Numbered from the stretch's first letter, positions 29,131 through 37,069 are shown. The stretch is 64,000 nucleotides of DNA from a virus (IMGVR_UViG_3300033075_000957:64001-128000); one strand, 5' to 3'. The notes: a model not told the origin generated them from the sequence alone. Numbers and translations are program-made.

Positions 29131-29657
29131 TGGAATTTATCGCACATCGCGGTCTAATGGATGGACCAAATAAGCAATTTGAAAATTCTCCAGAGCAAAT
29201 TATAAATGCCTTAAATGAAGGTTTTACCGTTGAAATGGACATGTGGTCTGTTGACAACAGTGTATGGTTAGGACATAACGAACCTGTCTATTTCATCAAT
29301 AATAGAGATTTTTTAGAAGAAATAATTGAAAAGCGTTCAAACGTATTGATTCATGCTAAAAACGAAGAAGTATTAAATCAACTTAATAATTTAGATATAA
29401 ATATTTTTTGGCATGATTCCGATAAATATACAATTAGTAGCTGGAGTTGGCTCATTGGGAATCTTAACGTGCCGGTTTTAGATGCTATGTTGGTTAATCA
29501 ACCAGAAATGCATCCGTTTTTTGACGATATTTCTCATTTAAACGTTTTATTATGTGAGCAATATATTCGTAAATATGCTATGAATGCCGGTGGCTTTATG
29601 ACTAAATATCCACGCCTTTTTAAAGAAGCATGGGGAAGAATTAAGAATGACCAATAA
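29130..29657 (+). CDS. short glycerophosphodiester phosphodiesterase-like protein
   Basis: IAHRG..ENSP.QI..AL..GF.VEMDMW..LGH. Confidence 0.8.
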   Translation: MEFIAHRGLMDGPNKQFENSPEQIINALNEGFTVEMDMWSVDNSVWLGHNEPVYFINNRDFLEEIIEKRSNVLIHAKNEEVLNQLNNLDINIFWHDSDKYTISSWSWLIGNLNVPVLDAMLVNQPEMHPFFDDISHLNVLLCEQYIRKYAMNAGGFMTKYPRLFKEAWGRIKNDQ

Positions 29658-30279
29658 ATCTATTCAAGCGATCGCTTTTGATCTTGACGGGGTTCTCGTT
29701 GATTCATGTGATTGGCATCGTGATGCTTTGAATATTGCATTGGTAGAAGCAGGATATGCTGAAATCGATGCGATTGCCCATAAAAATATCTATAATGGAT
29801 TACCAACGCGAACGAAATTAGAGAAACTTGGGATTCCTCAAGAGTTTCGTAAAACTATCGAAGATCGCAAACAATTTCATACCAATACTTTGATACAAAA
29901 ATATTGCCATCATGACGAAGAGTTGGTAAAAATTATGTGGTTATTAAAACTGGACGGATATCAACTTGCGTGTGTAACAAATTGCACACCAAATGGTGCT
30001 CGATTGTTGTTGCGTAAGATTGGGGTGCTACCGTTCCTTGATTTGTTAGTAGCTAATGATTTTGGCGGAGAACCGAAGCCGTCTCCTGATCCGTATGTAT
30101 TCTGTTCTAAGAAACTTAATTTATTATCCAATTCCGTTTTAGTTGTCGAAGACAGTTATAAAGGAATTGAAGCAGCAAAACGTGCCGGTTGTAGATTGTT
30201 AGAAGTACCAGCAAGACACGGATTAACGTACCAAAAAATTAAAGAATGCATTTATAATGATCAACAGTTTCTATTTTAA
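29647..30279 (+). CDS. HAD-family phosphatase
   Basis: FDLDGVLVD, VTN, KPSPDPY, VVEDSYKGIEAA. Confidence 0.9.
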   Translation: MTNKSIQAIAFDLDGVLVDSCDWHRDALNIALVEAGYAEIDAIAHKNIYNGLPTRTKLEKLGIPQEFRKTIEDRKQFHTNTLIQKYCHHDEELVKIMWLLKLDGYQLACVTNCTPNGARLLLRKIGVLPFLDLLVANDFGGEPKPSPDPYVFCSKKLNLLSNSVLVVEDSYKGIEAAKRAGCRLLEVPARHGLTYQKIKECIYNDQQFLF

Positions 30280-30293
30280 CATAGAGAGCAAAT

Positions 30294-30431
30294 ATGGTTC
30301 GTCCAATTATCAGACAAATAAGTCTTGCTCGCCGCCGCGAGCAACAATTTCAGCAACAAAAGATTGCAGAACAAGAAAGCAAAGATAAAGAAACCAAAAC
30401 AAGTGATGCCAGAAAAGATTCAAAACAGTAA
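30294..30431 (+). CDS. small unannotated ORF (MVRPIIRQISLARRREQQ..., 45 aa)
   Basis: ATG 30294 to TAA 30431 fills the HAD-WavE gap; not in the ORF track. Confidence 0.4.
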   Translation: MVRPIIRQISLARRREQQFQQQKIAEQESKDKETKTSDARKDSKQ

Positions 30432-31188
30432 AGAACTCACATTTGTCATACAAGGAATTGTTAATGAGCATACGGTTAAAACAATCGATTCAATAAACAG
30501 ATTCTTTCCTGAATCGCTCGTTATTTTAAGTGTTCATAGAAGCGATAGCCCTCGTATTAGATGGGATTCGAACAAGTTTACTTATCAGGAAATTCCTGAT
30601 CCCGGCGAATCTAAAAACAACTTACGTAGACAAATCGCAACCTCTAGAGCGGGACTCAAATTAGTCAACACTAAATTTGCGTGCAAAATACGCTCCGATC
30701 TAGAATTTGTACACGGCGGGCTAATTAATGCTTATAATCAATACCTCCCTTCTGTATCGTCATCAATGGCGTTTATGCAATCAGTAGGAATACTCGATGT
30801 ATTTACATATCATCCGCATGTTCTACCTCTATTTCTTTCTGATTTTATTGCCATCGGACTAACGTTAGATGTACAGAAAATATTTAACTGCCCTCTTCCA
30901 TCGGGGGATATGGACCATATTTATTCAGAAAATGCTCCCGATAAATTAATGGGTCGATTAATCGGTCCAGAACAATATTTAGCATGGCACGGATCTTCAC
31001 GCATGTTTAAAAATGCAAAAACCTTTGCCAATGATATAGAAAAAGGACAGAGTTACGATGCTATTAAAGAAAATTACATTGTCCTAGATATGGGTCCGCA
31101 GGCCGGTTTAATTTGGCACAAAAATCCGTACGTAGAGCAAATGGCTCAAAGAGATTGTCTTCACAATAAAGAATGGAGAAATTTGTGA
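30406..31188 (+). CDS. WavE-like polysaccharide synthesis protein (paralog 1)
   Basis: TFVIQG...NLRRQIATSRAGL..VNTKFACKIRSD..FLSDF..G; ATG 30406 preferred to TTG 30325. Confidence 0.7.
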   Translation: MPEKIQNSKELTFVIQGIVNEHTVKTIDSINRFFPESLVILSVHRSDSPRIRWDSNKFTYQEIPDPGESKNNLRRQIATSRAGLKLVNTKFACKIRSDLEFVHGGLINAYNQYLPSVSSSMAFMQSVGILDVFTYHPHVLPLFLSDFIAIGLTLDVQKIFNCPLPSGDMDHIYSENAPDKLMGRLIGPEQYLAWHGSSRMFKNAKTFANDIEKGQSYDAIKENYIVLDMGPQAGLIWHKNPYVEQMAQRDCLHNKEWRNL

Positions 31189-31721
31189 CGTTTCCTTTCA
31201 AAAGAATAAATTTTTTCGCTGCACCCGGAGCGTCAAAATCAACGACCGCCGCAAAAACTTTCTCCGCTCTGAAAGACGCTGGATATTGTCCAGAACTAGT
31301 ACAGGAAGTCTGCAAAGAATGGGCGTGGGAACAAAAGAAATGGCACGATTTTGATCAATTTTATATTTTTGGCCAACAGATTCGGCGAGAACTTATACCG
31401 TTAAAAGGCGGAGCAGATTGTATAGTTAGCGATTCGCCTTTGCTGCTACAATATTATTATGCTAACAAATATAAGGTACCTGCCGCTGACGCACTGGCCG
31501 ATATTGCTTGTGCTTTTGAAGCACAATATCCTTCTCTTAATTTCTTTGTGCGTCGTAGTAATCGCAAATACGAAACACGAGGACGTTACGAGACATTAGA
31601 GCAGGTCCAAATAATGGACAAAGAAATAAGAAATATAATGCCAAAAATTAATAGTTTTGAAATAGACGCGAGCGATGTGGATAGTGTTATGAAAATTATT
31701 CTACCGATAGTTGGAAAATAA
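31173..31721 (+). CDS. NadR/Ttd14-like P-loop (AAA_28) protein
   Basis: INFFAAPGASKST, ELVQEVCKE, IVSDSPLL, GRYETLEQ; P-loop GK changed to SK. Confidence 0.7.
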   Translation: MEKFVTFPFKRINFFAAPGASKSTTAAKTFSALKDAGYCPELVQEVCKEWAWEQKKWHDFDQFYIFGQQIRRELIPLKGGADCIVSDSPLLLQYYYANKYKVPAADALADIACAFEAQYPSLNFFVRRSNRKYETRGRYETLEQVQIMDKEIRNIMPKINSFEIDASDVDSVMKIILPIVGK

Positions 31722-31962
31722 AATGCCCAAAATTAAAGCAAAATACTTAGGTTGTTTTACAAACTTGGCGGTAATACAATATGGAAAAACAATTTATTTA
31801 ACTGATAATATGTACATAGAATGGGACGAAAATTCTTTTTATTTAGATGACGTGCCTAAAGGCACTACTTTTCCTATTTCTGCACTTAGCGAATGGCAAT
31901 GGTCTGGCTCGATAAACGACCTTAAGAAACTTATGAAACTGGTAGGTTTATCCTCATGTTAA
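31711..31962 (+). CDS. hypothetical protein
   Basis: 83-aa ORF tiling the operon. Confidence 0.45.
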   Translation: MENKMPKIKAKYLGCFTNLAVIQYGKTIYLTDNMYIEWDENSFYLDDVPKGTTFPISALSEWQWSGSINDLKKLMKLVGLSSC

Positions 31963-32723
31963 ACATTTTAATCCCAATGGCTGGCAAAGGTAAACGCTTT
32001 GCCGAAGCCGGTTATGCAGAACTAAAACCCTTCATTCAAATTGACGGTAAACCGATGGTAGAGCATGTCATTGCCAATCTTACTGGATGGATGTATTTTG
32101 GCGAGCATGTTATGCCGCATCAAGTTATTTTAGTCGTTGATCCGGATATTGAGGAACGGTACGCAAAGGAACTAGCCTCATTAAGCGATAAATACAATGT
32201 TCGCGTAGTTTCCACCAATGGCGAAGTGCAACATGGACAAGCATGGTCGTGTCGTGTTGCCGAATCACTTATTGATAATGAAACACCGTTGTTGATTGCT
32301 AATTCGGATCAAATTTTAATGGATTATTCTGAAAACTGGCTTAATGAATGGCTGGCTTTTATTCACGCAAATCCGTGCGACGGATCGGTTGCTCTATTCT
32401 GGAACAATCATCCAAAATGGTCATATGCAAAAGTGGCCAATGGTCTTATCGTAGAAACCGCTGAAAAACAAGTTATTAGCGAACACGCAACCGTTGGGCT
32501 CTATTATTTCAATAAAGGTCATGATTTTATAACATATAGCGATCAAATGATCGTCGAACAGGAAACTGTAAATGGCGAATACTATGTTTGCCCTGTATAT
32601 AATCGTATGATCCAAGAAGGGGCACAGATTAAACCTTATTGGTTCAATCAAGTATGGGGTATTGGGACTCCTGTTGATTTAAACAAGTTCGCAAAACAAT
32701 TTAATCTTGAGGTTAAAAAATAA
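31956..32723 (+). CDS. BcbE-like sugar nucleotidyltransferase
   Basis: LIPMAGKGKRFAEAGY..KPFI..GKPMVEHVI, IANSDQ, WSYA, EK..IS..ATVGLYYF, NGEYYVCPVYN, GIGTPVDL. Confidence 0.85.
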   Translation: MLNILIPMAGKGKRFAEAGYAELKPFIQIDGKPMVEHVIANLTGWMYFGEHVMPHQVILVVDPDIEERYAKELASLSDKYNVRVVSTNGEVQHGQAWSCRVAESLIDNETPLLIANSDQILMDYSENWLNEWLAFIHANPCDGSVALFWNNHPKWSYAKVANGLIVETAEKQVISEHATVGLYYFNKGHDFITYSDQMIVEQETVNGEYYVCPVYNRMIQEGAQIKPYWFNQVWGIGTPVDLNKFAKQFNLEVKK

Positions 32724-32931
32724 AATGGCGTGCGGTGATTTTCTCTGTAAACATGGAAATTGGTTAGCGAAATGTACAATTTGCAATTTACATCATGATT
32801 ATTACTATGATCCTATCTCATTAGCTTTTCATATAATATATGAATCTTACGTTTATGTACCCGATCCGCTAAAATCAAAAGATATATTCGAAAAAATGTA
32901 TGATGATGCCTACCGAAAACACAAAAATTGA
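32707..32931 (+). CDS. small hypothetical protein
   Basis: 74-aa ORF tiling the operon. Confidence 0.4.
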   Translation: MRLKNKMACGDFLCKHGNWLAKCTICNLHHDYYYDPISLAFHIIYESYVYVPDPLKSKDIFEKMYDDAYRKHKN

Positions 32932-33394
32932 TTCCCGTCCAGAAACTTATAAACATATTCAGACTGTTCAGCAAAATATGAATCGTGCGATTCAGAATTT
33001 AATGAAACGATCTGAGGTACATGATCAATCAAAACTTAATGCTCCAGAACTAGAAATATTTGATGAATATACTTCAAAACTTCGTGGATGCACTTATGGT
33101 TCTAAAGAATATGAAGATTATCGCGAAAAGATGAAATCTGCTCTTGATCATCATTATGCAGTTAATGATCATCATCCAGAACACAATATTAATGGTGTTC
33201 AAGGAATGAGTTTAATGTCTCTTCAAGAAATGATTTGTGATTGGTACGCTGCTACTCAACGTCATGCTGACGGCGATCTGATGAAGAGTATCGAAATAAA
33301 CCAAAAACGTTTTGGTTATAGCGATGAATTAAAACAAATTTTACTTAATACAGTAAAAGAACTCGGTTTCTTTCATACAAATGTTATACGATAA
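32900..33394 (+). CDS. DUF5662-like HD-type putative hydrolase (paralog 2)
   Basis: HIQTV...HDQSK...HHYAVNDHHPEH...EMICDW.AA..RH. Confidence 0.75.
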   Translation: MMMPTENTKIDSRPETYKHIQTVQQNMNRAIQNLMKRSEVHDQSKLNAPELEIFDEYTSKLRGCTYGSKEYEDYREKMKSALDHHYAVNDHHPEHNINGVQGMSLMSLQEMICDWYAATQRHADGDLMKSIEINQKRFGYSDELKQILLNTVKELGFFHTNVIR

Positions 33395-34199
33395 TTTATC
33401 TTTTGTAATTCAAGGAATACTCGATCGTCGTACTACTGCTTTGACAGCGAGTATTGTTCAGCATTTTCCCGGTGCTGAAATTATTCAATCAACTAATATT
33501 GAAAATGCTCAAGCACAAGGAATTTGTGATAAATTAATCATCACTGATAATCCTCCAGAATTATCCGGAGAAAATAATAAACACTTGAATAGACTAATTA
33601 CTACTTCTTTTAAAGGAATAGAAGCGGCTAGTAATCCATTAGTAATTAAATTACGAAGTGATTTGTTTTTTACAAATGATCATTTATATCATACTTGGTA
33701 TAAATATTTAGAGATATATGAGCGGCAATTTGGACAAGAATTTAGAATTTTTAATATTCCTGTAGGTATTGTAAATTATTACACTATAGACCCTAGGTCA
33801 AGTGGTAGTCTAGCTTTACCATATCATCCCTCAGACTGGCTTATGATAGGGCAGAAGAAAGACATCCTAGAATATTATCGTATACCATTTAAAGACGCGG
33901 AAAAGGTTTACGATACAGGAGGCAGGCACACGAGCAGGATCGAGCAATACCCCGCTATAACCAATCTACAGGCTCATGGCTTTTCTGTACCGTTCTCTCA
34001 TGAATTTGACGCTTCGGAAATAAATATTCAAAATACACTTAGATTCTTCGTCAATAATTTCATCGTCTTTAATCTTGATCATGCCGGTATCTTTAGCCAA
34101 AAATATCGAATGCCTACTACCGCTCCGATTCTTTTCGACTGGGATAAGTGGCAATATTTCTCTAATTTTTTCTATCAGCAGCGATTAGATGGACTATAA
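33381..34199 (+). CDS. WavE-like polysaccharide synthesis protein (paralog 2)
   Basis: SFVIQG...NRLITTSFKGI..ASNPLVIKLRSD...HPSDWL.IG...EQY. Confidence 0.75.
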   Translation: MLYDNLSFVIQGILDRRTTALTASIVQHFPGAEIIQSTNIENAQAQGICDKLIITDNPPELSGENNKHLNRLITTSFKGIEAASNPLVIKLRSDLFFTNDHLYHTWYKYLEIYERQFGQEFRIFNIPVGIVNYYTIDPRSSGSLALPYHPSDWLMIGQKKDILEYYRIPFKDAEKVYDTGGRHTSRIEQYPAITNLQAHGFSVPFSHEFDASEINIQNTLRFFVNNFIVFNLDHAGIFSQKYRMPTTAPILFDWDKWQYFSNFFYQQRLDGL

Positions 34200-34206
34200 T
34201 TAATGT

Positions 34207-34545
34207 ATGCTAAAAAGCATCGTGCAAAAGTTTAAAGACAAAAACAAGGGATGGATAATAGGAAAATTTGCGGGTGCTTTGCTACAAGAAAACTTCGAAA
34301 TAGGCATTAAAGAATATAAATGCGGCGATACAAATCCTCGGCATTTACACAAACTGGCTAAGGAAATAAATATTATTATTTCTGGCAAAGCAAAATTTAT
34401 CTTTGACGACAAAACCGTTGCCGTTTCAGACGGTGATATAGTCGTTATTGAGGAAAACGAGCCTTCTGCTTTTGAAGCAGAAGCGGATACAATACTTTTG
34501 GTAATTAAAACTGTAAGTGATATAAATGACAAATACACTTCCTAA
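34207..34545 (+). CDS. cupin-fold protein
   Basis: KGWIIGKF..EIGIKEYKCGD..PRHLHKLAKEINIIISG; H-x-H..E cupin motif. Confidence 0.8.
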   Translation: MLKSIVQKFKDKNKGWIIGKFAGALLQENFEIGIKEYKCGDTNPRHLHKLAKEINIIISGKAKFIFDDKTVAVSDGDIVVIEENEPSAFEAEADTILLVIKTVSDINDKYTS

Positions 34546-35251
34546 ACGTGGAATTCTTTACATGGTATGGGGCGGTCCCGAACACCGTATCCAGCTTAAT
34601 GAATCGGTCGATTCTGTTAGAAATCAATATCCCGACATGCCTATTTGTATTTGCGATTTAGATCAGCAGTTTCCAAATACTAAACCGCGATTAGGTATAA
34701 AGTCATGGATGTATGATATATCACCTTTTGAAGAAACCCTATTTCTAGATACAGATACTAAAGTTTTAGGTGATTTATCTTTCGGTTTCGACAAAGCAAA
34801 ACAGTACGGGATGGCGGTCGCTATAGACCATGCTTGTTACGCCCGAAGATGGCATGAAGTACGGAAATTAGTACCTACAGAAATACATCAGGATATTGTT
34901 GAGTATAATACTGGCGTAATATTTTTCAATAAGCAGGTAAAAGTTAAAGCCGTTTTTGATCAATGGAAATCGTGGGAACATATATCATGGAATGACCAGC
35001 CCGGTTTCGCGGTAGCTATCGAAAAAGCAAATTTCTGTCCTTTCGTCCTTCCAGATCATATATGGAACTATCGCGTCTATAATGCAGATAGGTTATTCGG
35101 ACCAATAAAAATATGGCATACGGAAAAACCAAATCATTTGACAGAAACAATAAAACAGGCTATTACACAAGAACACAACTGGAGAATGTATCAGGTACCA
35201 GAATTACAGGCACAGCATCCAGAAGATAGAGAAACAATACTTAAATGTTAG
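34526..35251 (+). CDS. GT-A fold (GT8-like) glycosyltransferase
   Basis: TLFLDTDT (DxD), EYNTGVIFF, WNDQPGF, IWNYR. Confidence 0.75.
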   Translation: MTNTLPKRGILYMVWGGPEHRIQLNESVDSVRNQYPDMPICICDLDQQFPNTKPRLGIKSWMYDISPFEETLFLDTDTKVLGDLSFGFDKAKQYGMAVAIDHACYARRWHEVRKLVPTEIHQDIVEYNTGVIFFNKQVKVKAVFDQWKSWEHISWNDQPGFAVAIEKANFCPFVLPDHIWNYRVYNADRLFGPIKIWHTEKPNHLTETIKQAITQEHNWRMYQVPELQAQHPEDRETILKC

Positions 35252-35259
35252 ATTACAAC

Positions 35260-35343
35260 GTTGAATCCGATGTAGGAATCAACCAGAAGTAAGAAAATCC
35301 CTAATAGGGTTCAGAAGAAATTCTGATTAGGCGGTTAGTCCGC
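35260..35343 (+). promoter_or_regulatory. hairpin-rich leader upstream of the SSB-like gene
   Basis: stems GTTGA-TCC/GGA-TCAAC, TCAGAA-GAAA-TTCTGA and GCGG/CCGC within a 107-nt gap. Confidence 0.35.
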
Positions 35344-35358
35344 AAAGGTTAGTAGTGT

Positions 35359-36003
35359 ATGAGCGATCGTTATGAATTATCGTTTTGGCGTCCAAATAAA
35401 AGCAATAATGGTGCGGCAGCAATTTTCACGCTGCAACAGGATGGAAGCACTTGGCTCAAGATGATGCCACAAAACGGAGACGGTGAGCGTTCTTTTGATA
35501 ACGCCGCGTCGATCAACGTCAAGATTGGATTGGGCGACATTGGTCCAATGCTTGCTGTTATTAATGGTCAGGTAGATGGTATCGGAACCAAGGCCGAAGG
35601 CAGCAAGTTCTGGTCAGGCATCTTGCACAAATTTGGCGAATCCAGCACCGCTGTTAACTTTGCCAAGAACGACAAGGGAGGTTATTATTTTGGTATCAGC
35701 CGCAAGGTCGGTGCAGGCGAGCCTGTCCGCATGAATATCTCATTATCTGTCGGAGACGGTCAAAACTTCCGTGTATTCCTTGAGCGTGCTGCGTGGGCTG
35801 CGATGTTTAATGAATACAACAACGGCGGAGGAAACGACGGTGGCGAGCCCGAGCAGGCGGAAACCCCTGCGACCGCCCCAGCCAAGCCTGCGGCAGCGAA
35901 AACTTCTAAAGTTTCTAAAGTTGCGAAGCCTGCGGCCAAGCAGCCCGTAGCGGCAGGCGTCACTCCTGACTCTGGTCAGCCAACTGACGATATTCCCTTC
36001 TAA
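35359..36003 (+). CDS. single-stranded DNA-binding protein, Whirly/PC4-like core with bacterial-type acidic DDIPF tail
   Basis: FWRPNK..GAAAIF, STWLKMMPQ..RSFD..INVKIGLGDIG (Whirly-like); Ala/Pro/Lys linker; C-terminal DDIPF. Confidence 0.65.
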   Translation: MSDRYELSFWRPNKSNNGAAAIFTLQQDGSTWLKMMPQNGDGERSFDNAASINVKIGLGDIGPMLAVINGQVDGIGTKAEGSKFWSGILHKFGESSTAVNFAKNDKGGYYFGISRKVGAGEPVRMNISLSVGDGQNFRVFLERAAWAAMFNEYNNGGGNDGGEPEQAETPATAPAKPAAAKTSKVSKVAKPAAKQPVAAGVTPDSGQPTDDIPF

Positions 36004-36607
36004 CATAGCCTAGCCAACCAACTATCTGCCCCTTGGGTGAAACTAAGGGGTAGGATTCACAAAATACAGTCATCGGATGATCGCGATTCACCCGATAGGT
36101 CATTTCAAAACGCCGTTTATCTTTAACGGCGTTATACCATTCTTTAACAACGTCTTCACGGTCGTCTATATAAACACCGTTAATCCAACCTCTACCAATA
36201 GCGTCGTCCGAAGATAATCCGTAAGTTTCTTGCCAGCCTTTAGATACCCAAATCGTGTTACCATCAGCATCGGTTTCAAAACTAATTTCGCCCGGATGTT
36301 CAGCAAAATAACGCGAACGCTGTTCACTGAGTGCTACGCGACGATCGATCCTATCAATCGCATCTCTTAAAGACGATCCACCATTTGGTTTTAAATCTTC
36401 ATTTAATTTAAGAACAAGTGGATATAATTCTTCCACTTGTGTAATTGTTTTATTAATATTTGTAGAAAAAGTTTTTAAATTTTTGAACGTGGTTATCATT
36501 ATTCTAATTCCTGCAACTATTGGTTTCCAGAAAATAGCTACAACTCCGGCGAGCAATGTAATAAGACCGGCGTATTCTTTGATTTCTTCAATAGATAGTA
36601 ATTGCAT
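35960..36607 (-). CDS. membrane-anchored holin-like/DUF2746-like protein fused to a PAS domain
   Basis: N-terminal TM (AGLITLLAGVVAIFW), coiled coil with PNGGSSLRDAIDRI, then PAS FETDADG..WVSKGW..TYG....AIGRGW..VY.DDRE.V..EW. Confidence 0.75.
   Translation of the reverse strand: MQLLSIEEIKEYAGLITLLAGVVAIFWKPIVAGIRIMITTFKNLKTFSTNINKTITQVEELYPLVLKLNEDLKPNGGSSLRDAIDRIDRRVALSEQRSRYFAEHPGEISFETDADGNTIWVSKGWQETYGLSSDDAIGRGWINGVYIDDREDVVKEWYNAVKDKRRFEMTYRVNRDHPMTVFCESYPLVSPKGQIVGWLGYVRREYRQLADQSQE
36027..36052 (+). terminator. stem-loop after the last plus-strand gene (no U-tract)
   Basis: TGCCCCTTGG-GTGAAA-CTAAGGGGTA; two G-U wobbles work only on the plus strand; lies inside the antisense CDS. 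Confidence 0.4.
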
Positions 36608-36616
36608 AGCATACTT

Positions 36617-36624
36617 TATACACC
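36617..36624 (-). promoter_or_regulatory. candidate late-promoter motif GGTGTATA
   Basis: in a 20-nt intergenic gap, 9 nt before ATG 36607. Confidence 0.45.
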
Positions 36625-36627
36625 TAA

Positions 36628-37068
36628 TTACTTGCCATTAATCGTCAATTCTGTCCATTTTTTCAGTTGACATTCGCCAACTTGTGTTTTACAAAGTATA
36701 AAGCAGCCACACGCTGCACCATTACGAGCGGGATCGGGGGCCATACACTGTGAACCTGTGGTCAAGTTGCCATTTTTCTTTGTAGAAAACTCACATTTAC
36801 GGCAAATATCTCTATGAGCAGAAATTTGGTCATCATTATACTTTATTTCATTTGTAAAACATTTAGCAAGTCCGGTAATACCATCTTTAAACCACAATAA
36901 TAAATTGGATTGACTCGCAGCCGCTTCAAAAGTATTTACTATCGGATTAGATTGAAAAGTTTTTGTAACTTTTGGAACGGTATTAGCCGCTTTTGGATCG
37001 TGTACAACGGACTCAACTGGTGTTTTACTAAACATTGGTTTTGATTTATTATTTCCACAACAACCCAT
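36628..37068 (-). CDS. small Cys-rich protein (MGCCG...; CRKC..C..CGCF..KT..C..KKW)
   Basis: ATG 37068 one base after the upstream stop; DUF6171-like C-terminal Cys pattern. Confidence 0.6.
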   Translation of the reverse strand: MGCCGNNKSKPMFSKTPVESVVHDPKAANTVPKVTKTFQSNPIVNTFEAAASQSNLLLWFKDGITGLAKCFTNEIKYNDDQISAHRDICRKCEFSTKKNGNLTTGSQCMAPDPARNGAACGCFILCKTQVGECQLKKWTELTINGK

Positions 37069-37069
37069 A

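Noticed and set aside
35252-35358. tRNA or CRISPR array in intergenic gaps (also 56277-56359 and 60087-60150)
   Set aside because: No cloverleaf or TTCGA T-loop, and no regularly spaced repeats; only isolated hairpins.
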